From IMG/VR virus record IMGVR_UViG_3300005323_000071, positions 1 to 37,721 of that record: 37,721 nt of DNA; one strand, 5' to 3'. This DNA is from a virus. Its lineage: Duplodnaviria; Caudoviricetes. A program made the translations under genes and the position numbers. This document shows positions 33,750 to 37,721 of the stretch, piece after piece. The notes below the pieces were generated by a model that did no database searches, was not told where the DNA came from, and was given only the letters and a program-made list of their open reading frames with translations. Position 1 is the first letter of the stretch. The number at the start of each line of letters is the position of its first letter.

Positions 33750-33958
33750 CCGAGAAAACAACAATCCCTGAAACGGAATGGAATGAAGTTCAAAATCTTG
33801 CAAGAAAAATAAATAATCGGATGTACGATCTTGGAAAAGACGTGCGCAATCTGAATAATCTCTTGCACGCGTTGCATGGTGAGGGGGTTCGTGATAGGGA
33901 ATACACGGAGAGTGGAAGGCCAGAAGTTTTCCAAGATGGTGTATGGGTGCGCAGATGA
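33746..33958 (+). CDS. Small coiled-coil protein
   Basis: ATG 33746, coupled. Confidence 0.6.
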   Translation: MTEKTTIPETEWNEVQNLARKINNRMYDLGKDVRNLNNLLHALHGEGVRDREYTESGRPEVFQDGVWVRR

Positions 33959-34095
33959 CCCCCTCCGATTGCATCGACTACTTCACGCTCGCAGATGGTA
34001 CGCGGGTGTGCACGCTCAGACCGCATGATAGCTTGCACGTATTCTGCGAGAACCTGGTGAAGAATGGGGTGTGCCCGAAAGATTGTAAGGAGTGA
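33955..34095 (+). CDS. Cys-rich microprotein (46 aa)
   Basis: Read manually: MTPSDCIDYFTLADGTRVCTLRPHDSLHVFCENLVKNGVCPKDCKE. Confidence 0.55.
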   Translation: MTPSDCIDYFTLADGTRVCTLRPHDSLHVFCENLVKNGVCPKDCKE

Positions 34096-34103
34096 GAAAG
34101 GAA

Positions 34104-34271
34104 ATGACGCTGCAAGTAATCCCGATCAAACTAATGGTTCAATGCCCCGAAAAGTCAGAGTTATCAGACGCAGATCTGGTTGAATCCCGGGAGTGTCACG
34201 AGTGCCAGTACAAGCGATGGATTTATGCAAATCAAGTCCATTGCGGGTATCCGGAGGTACAGAAGAAATGA
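34104..34271 (+). CDS. Cys-rich microprotein (55 aa)
   Basis: Read manually: MTLQVIPIKLMVQCP...ECHECQY...VHCGYP. Confidence 0.6.
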   Translation: MTLQVIPIKLMVQCPEKSELSDADLVESRECHECQYKRWIYANQVHCGYPEVQKK

Positions 34272-34498
34272 CCGACCCGAAGCCAAGCAACGGAAGCCTG
34301 ATCTGCACCTTCGCTGATTGCCCGGATAGGAAGGAGTGGATTTTGCATCTGACCAACTGTTCCGATGACAGGAAAAAGTTTTTCAAAGGAGAGGAAGATC
34401 AATCCGTCTGTAAAATCGCAAAGGAATACGGCCATTGCTCGTCTCGGTGCATGTATCTCATTGCGATGAACATGTGTCCACGGGAGTTCGTGCGATGA
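34268..34498 (+). CDS. Cys-rich protein
   Basis: ATG 34268, coupled; seven Cys. Confidence 0.6.
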   Translation: MTDPKPSNGSLICTFADCPDRKEWILHLTNCSDDRKKFFKGEEDQSVCKIAKEYGHCSSRCMYLIAMNMCPREFVR

Positions 34499-34752
34499 AG
34501 CGCCCACTCACGCAACCGGAGCCCGGAGATCCGAATTATCAGAAATCCTGCTATCAGCCGGGATCTTTACCGGTATCCGACCTCCCCATGCAGCCCTCGT
34601 TGGCGGAACAGTTGGGACTCCGCAACTGTCTGGAAACTCCAGATAGTTCGCTCGGCGCCCGGTTCCCACAGCTCCCGGCAGATGCCACGATGCACAACCG
34701 GCTGATGAGGGATGAAGAGATATTGAATTATATCAATGGTGATCCGGAATGA
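34495..34752 (+). CDS. Pro-rich hypothetical protein
   Basis: ATG 34495, coupled. Confidence 0.6.
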   Translation: MKRPLTQPEPGDPNYQKSCYQPGSLPVSDLPMQPSLAEQLGLRNCLETPDSSLGARFPQLPADATMHNRLMRDEEILNYINGDPE

Positions 34753-34967
34753 GCGAGTCAATCCCGCGCAAAATGACCAAGCCATACGTTACCATCAGGC
34801 CAAAAGAAGAATGGTATCAACTCCCGGAAATCTGCTTTTTGCCAGGCAATGGACCGCTATATCAGGTATGTCGCCGGCTGTGCATCCGGTACACTCTCCC
34901 TTACCCGGAAGCGCGGAAAAAACATTTTGAGATAGAAGCGGAGAAATACCCGGAAGTGCTGCGATGA
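34749..34967 (+). CDS. Hypothetical protein
   Basis: GGTGA RBS, coupled. Confidence 0.6.
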   Translation: MSESIPRKMTKPYVTIRPKEEWYQLPEICFLPGNGPLYQVCRRLCIRYTLPYPEARKKHFEIEAEKYPEVLR

Positions 34968-35125
34968 TGGACAAGAGATGTGGAAATTGCGCCCGTCGCC
35001 ACGCTCCCAAATGGTACTGCACCAGCGGCCCGCATATCTACGGTGAGGGTGGAGCGCATCACATTGGATGGATTGAGCGGGTATACGTTGCGGTGTTCGG
35101 GTGCCCGTGGTGGTGGCAGCGATGA
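34964..35125 (+). CDS. Cys/Trp-rich microprotein (53 aa)
   Basis: Read manually: MMDKRCGNCARRHAPKWYCTSG...FGCPWWWQR; coupled at both ends. Confidence 0.55.
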   Translation: MMDKRCGNCARRHAPKWYCTSGPHIYGEGGAHHIGWIERVYVAVFGCPWWWQR

Positions 35126-35346
35126 CCGGCAAATTCGATCCGGTCTTCACCTGCGTATGCTGCGGGCACCGGATCACAGGAGGATCAAGGCAGGAACTCA
35201 TAGAACGCGGGTGTGGTACGATCCAGGGCGGAGGGAGCGTGATCTGGCATTGCCCCACTCACTCAGCTGAGGATGTGCAAAAGATGATCCATGCCGCCCC
35301 CCTCTTTGAGCCTGCGAGCAAGTACTGGAAGTATGCCACTGATTGA
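35122..35346 (+). CDS. Small Zn-binding protein
   Basis: CVCCG...WHCPTH; last gene before the terminator. Confidence 0.6.
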   Translation: MTGKFDPVFTCVCCGHRITGGSRQELIERGCGTIQGGGSVIWHCPTHSAEDVQKMIHAAPLFEPASKYWKYATD

Positions 35347-35368
35347 TCCCATTTGGGATACTTTTTTT
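35346..35368 (+). terminator. Hairpin plus T7 terminator
   Basis: ATCCC-ATTT-GGGAT followed by AC-TTTTTTT. Confidence 0.65.
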
Positions 35369-35372
35369 CTCA

Positions 35373-35691
35373 ATCATTAGTACATCAATGTCCTATTATT
35401 TCCTAATTATTTCACGTCAGAGCATCAGACGGTAATTATCCATACATGTATGGATAGATAATATCCGTAAGAGGGATCTTTTCCCGTTCGCTAACGCTCC
35501 TATTAAAAAATGTTATAAAAAACGCTCATTGTCATTTTGTCTTTATTACTATATATAGTTTTATAATTTGATTTCAAGACCGCTAAAAATGAGGGAGATC
35601 ACAATTAATTATCCATACATGTATGGATAGATAAGGACGGGGGTTATGAGGTGAAAAATTATCAGATCATTAGTACATCAATGTCCTATTA
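35373..35691. repeat. A-B-B-A perfect direct repeats around an AT-rich core (origin/operator candidate)
   Basis: A = ATCATTAGTACATCAATGTCCTATTA (35373-35398, 35666-35691); B = TAATTATCCATACATGTATGGATAGATAA (35433-35461, 35606-35634), containing a perfect 20-bp palindrome. Confidence 0.9.
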
Positions 35692-35751
35692 GGTAACTAT
35701 AAATAGTCAAAATAACTATAATAAAAATATATGAAGCAGAAACGAGAACCA

Positions 35752-35877
35752 ATGCCGATACTCTGCGATAAATGCAGGTATGTGTGGAACACTCGATCAA
35801 CCATGTTCTTTGTGTCGTGTCCCAGGTGCGGATCGAAAGTTCGAGTGGTGAACAATGAAACCGGGTCCAAGGCCTAG
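35752..35877 (+). CDS. Zn-ribbon microprotein (41 aa; alternative start 35731)
   Basis: Read manually: MPILCDKCRYVWNTRSTMFFVSCPRCGSKVRVVNNETGSKA. Confidence 0.65.
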   Translation: MPILCDKCRYVWNTRSTMFFVSCPRCGSKVRVVNNETGSKA

Positions 35878-36154
35878 AGCAACGGCCCCGAAATCGACAC
35901 ACATAGCATTCACAGACGCGGAAAGAAACATCCTCAATAGAATGGGGAGCGGGGATGTAAAATCGAAAATACGGGCACTCCTCATGATGGAGGCGGAACG
36001 ACAGAAACCGAAATCAAAAGACGAATTGATCGATCGATGGAAAAATGCACGGGCTGAGGCAAAACAAAAAGCCGCCATCACATACGATCTCCGTGAAAAA
36101 ATGAAAGAATTTGGAATCACTGAAGAAGAGATATCACAAATGGACGAGGGATGA
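35855..36154 (+). CDS. Putative ribbon-helix-helix DNA-binding protein with coiled coil
   Basis: STHIAFTDAERNILNRM...VKSKIRALL: strand-helix-helix pattern. Confidence 0.65.
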   Translation: MKPGPRPRATAPKSTHIAFTDAERNILNRMGSGDVKSKIRALLMMEAERQKPKSKDELIDRWKNARAEAKQKAAITYDLREKMKEFGITEEEISQMDEG

Positions 36155-36474
36155 AAATTATGCCGAGAATTGACGAAAACGGGAATGCCGAGTTTCACCC
36201 AGCTGAGTTGCCGAGAGATTACGTGATGCCGTTAATGGACCCCGACAACTCCACGATCCGCATCAAGGTACCGCAAAAGAAAAGCACACGGTCCTGTAAG
36301 AATTGCGGTGCATCGTTTGAACTGCTTGGGGATTACGACCCTGAGAACCGAGCGCATGACCTATGCGATGATTGCCTTATTGATTTGCCGAAAGATCCGG
36401 ATCAGAAGTACTCCGCAAGCACCTATCAGATTGATATGGACGCTGGTACACCATTGACAGAAGGAGATGCCTAA
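36151..36474 (+). CDS. Zn-finger protein
   Basis: CKNCG...LCDDC. Confidence 0.7.
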   Translation: MKIMPRIDENGNAEFHPAELPRDYVMPLMDPDNSTIRIKVPQKKSTRSCKNCGASFELLGDYDPENRAHDLCDDCLIDLPKDPDQKYSASTYQIDMDAGTPLTEGDA

Positions 36475-36676
36475 AATGGGTGACCACAAATTACTGTTCT
36501 CGAAAGTTGAAAAGTGGGTACGTAAGCAACCGCTGGACCGGATCTTCATGGCCCGGGACGTATCCGTTGATCTTAACCTCACCGCGTCATCGGCTGGCAA
36601 CCTGCTCAAAGGCATGGAGAATGTCGAGAAGGTAGGAACCGGTTGGAAGAGAGTGGGGATTGGTGCGGCGGAATGA
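36467..36676 (+). CDS. Putative winged-helix DNA-binding protein
   Basis: FMARDVSVDLNLTASSAGNLLK...VEKVG.GW. Confidence 0.65.
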   Translation: MPKMGDHKLLFSKVEKWVRKQPLDRIFMARDVSVDLNLTASSAGNLLKGMENVEKVGTGWKRVGIGAAE

Positions 36677-36834
36677 GGAGATTGCGTGTTGAGTGCCCCG
36701 TATGCGGCAAACGATTCTCAGTGCTTCGGTCTGATTTTATAAAGAGTTTAAGACGAGGAATCCGCCAATGTTGTTCATGTTCATGCGGAAATATTTACAG
36801 GTTTCAGCGCAAAGTAGCGGAGGCTGAGGCTTAA
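36673..36834 (+). CDS. Treble-clef-like Zn-finger protein; paralog of 5106..5354
   Basis: ATG 36673, coupled; CPVCGKRFS...QCCSCSC. Confidence 0.65.
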   Translation: MRRLRVECPVCGKRFSVLRSDFIKSLRRGIRQCCSCSCGNIYRFQRKVAEAEA

Positions 36835-37070
36835 TGCCGTTCTTCACAGTCTCCTTTGTTGGACAGCACCCGGTCGCATCGGGAATAATCCGCATTGATG
36901 CAACCGATCGGAACGATGCCGCGTTCAAACTTGGAAAAATCATCCCGGTAATAAAAATCAGGGGAGTTTGGATGTCAAGCGAACAAGGCCGCCCGGGTGC
37001 ATTGCCTAAAATTATAGCGAAGGCCGGGGGAACGGAACCCGGAACACGTCAGGCGGTGTTGGTATGTTGA
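36834..37070 (+). CDS. Hypothetical protein
   Basis: TAATG coupling. Confidence 0.6.
   Translation: MPFFTVSFVGQHPVASGIIRIDATDRNDAAFKLGKIIPVIKIRGVWMSSEQGRPGALPKIIAKAGGTEPGTRQAVLVC
37024..37042 (+). repeat. 19-bp hairpin repeat CCGGG-GGAACGGAA-CCCGG, copy 2
   Basis: Identical to 9163-9181. Confidence 0.85.
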
Positions 37071-37600
37071 CCACCGTCCACTCGTGCACCTGCCCGCAGG
37101 AGATCGCCGCCACAAACCACAAAATCAGGAATCAGACCGAACGCTGGAACGATCCGGAATACCACGCCATCGAAGATAAACTCCTGAAGGACAACCCGAC
37201 CTGCCAGTATTGCGGGATCAACCCGTCAGAAGTCGCCCACCATGACGAGGACTGGATGTACAAGGACAAAGCGGCATACTACGATCCGGCCAACATGACG
37301 CCAGCCTGTCGGCCCTGCCATTACTGGTACCGGCGCGGGTTTGTGGTCTGCCCGGAATGCAAGAAAATCGGCGAGGTCCACTACATGCGCCGAGGGTCCG
37401 AGAGCTGCCACCGGCACCGTAAGTATACTACGAAATTCAGAAGGAATCGATCGCATTCGTGTGACTGGAACAACGGAAACCAGAAATGCGGGAACCCCTT
37501 AAGGCGCGATCGCGTATGCCTGTATTCTTCCCGGGATGCGGTGAACCGGTGCGATCCGGATCATTTCATGGCACGGAAACGGGCGGGGGTGCCAGCGTGA
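37064..37600 (+). CDS. HNH-like multi-Zn-finger protein; paralog of 1681..2328
   Basis: CQYCG...VAHH...NMTPACRPCH is a good HNH consensus. Confidence 0.75.
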   Translation: MLTTVHSCTCPQEIAATNHKIRNQTERWNDPEYHAIEDKLLKDNPTCQYCGINPSEVAHHDEDWMYKDKAAYYDPANMTPACRPCHYWYRRGFVVCPECKKIGEVHYMRRGSESCHRHRKYTTKFRRNRSHSCDWNNGNQKCGNPLRRDRVCLYSSRDAVNRCDPDHFMARKRAGVPA

Positions 37601-37721
37601 GCCATCAACCCGCAGGACGGCGCTCCTCTACCTCATCGGCATCCGCCGCTGAAGGCCAGAAGAGGTACAAGGCTCGGAAGAGTGGAGAGATCCCGCAGGT
37701 GACATACCTGCCGATCAATCA
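37597..37721 (+). CDS. 5' part of the junction-spanning 48-aa protein
   Basis: GTG overlaps the previous stop; MSHQPAGRRSSTSSASAAEGQKRYKARKSGEIPQVTYLPIN runs into the terminal repeat in the same frame as 1..81. Confidence 0.7.
   Translation, partial: MSHQPAGRRSSTSSASAAEGQKRYKARKSGEIPQVTYLPIN
37663..37721 (+). repeat. Right copy of 59-bp terminal direct repeat
   Basis: 56/59 identical to 1-59. Confidence 0.95.

Larger units (their letters stand above)
1..37721. mobile_element. Complete or near-complete tailed virus (Caudoviricetes, siphovirus-like) genome, probably of a methanogenic archaeon
   Basis: Canonical terminase-portal-protease-capsid-connector-tail-TMP-Dit-hub-fibre gene order; terminal 59-bp repeat; no cellular housekeeping genes seen. 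Host assignment is inference. Confidence 0.9.

Overview
The window looks like an essentially complete, circularly closed ~37.66 kb genome of a tailed, siphovirus-type dsDNA virus (HK97-type head, non-contractile tail). A methanogenic archaeal host (Methanomicrobiales/Methanosarcinales-like) is inferred from TATA-type promoters ~28-30 nt ahead of start codons, U-tract terminators, a signal-peptide PKD surface protein and the lack of a recognisable peptidoglycan endolysin. The two ends share a 59-bp near-identical repeat (3 mismatches), and joining them restores one translationally coupled gene. Almost all genes are on the + strand. The morphogenesis block (7.2-29.0 kb) runs TerS, TerL, portal, Mu-gpF-like protein, protease/scaffold, decoration protein, MCP, connectors, tail tube, -1 frameshifted tail chaperone, short tape measure, Dit, hub, three tandem collar-domain fibre paralogs, a fourth fibre and a secreted discoidin-PKD glycoprotein. 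The early/accessory region (29.6 kb through the junction to 5.4 kb) holds a Bet/RecT recombinase, an antirepressor-like protein, an MT-A70 methyltransferase, two HNH-like paralogs and many small Cys-rich proteins. I recognise no integrase, polymerase, helicase or primase. The most unusual part is 5.8-7.0 kb, just upstream of terS. It contains a ~330-nt highly base-paired non-coding segment, a tRNA-like element whose anticodon loop is replaced by a GCAA tetraloop, and a non-coding array of ten TAGAT-N5-ATCTA-anchored units with a 57-bp period and alternating conserved and variable blocks. A second non-coding locus (35.37-35.69 kb) has an A-B-B-A set of perfect repeats with 20-bp palindromes and is an origin/operator candidate. 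All protein assignments are by motif recognition by eye, with no database searches.
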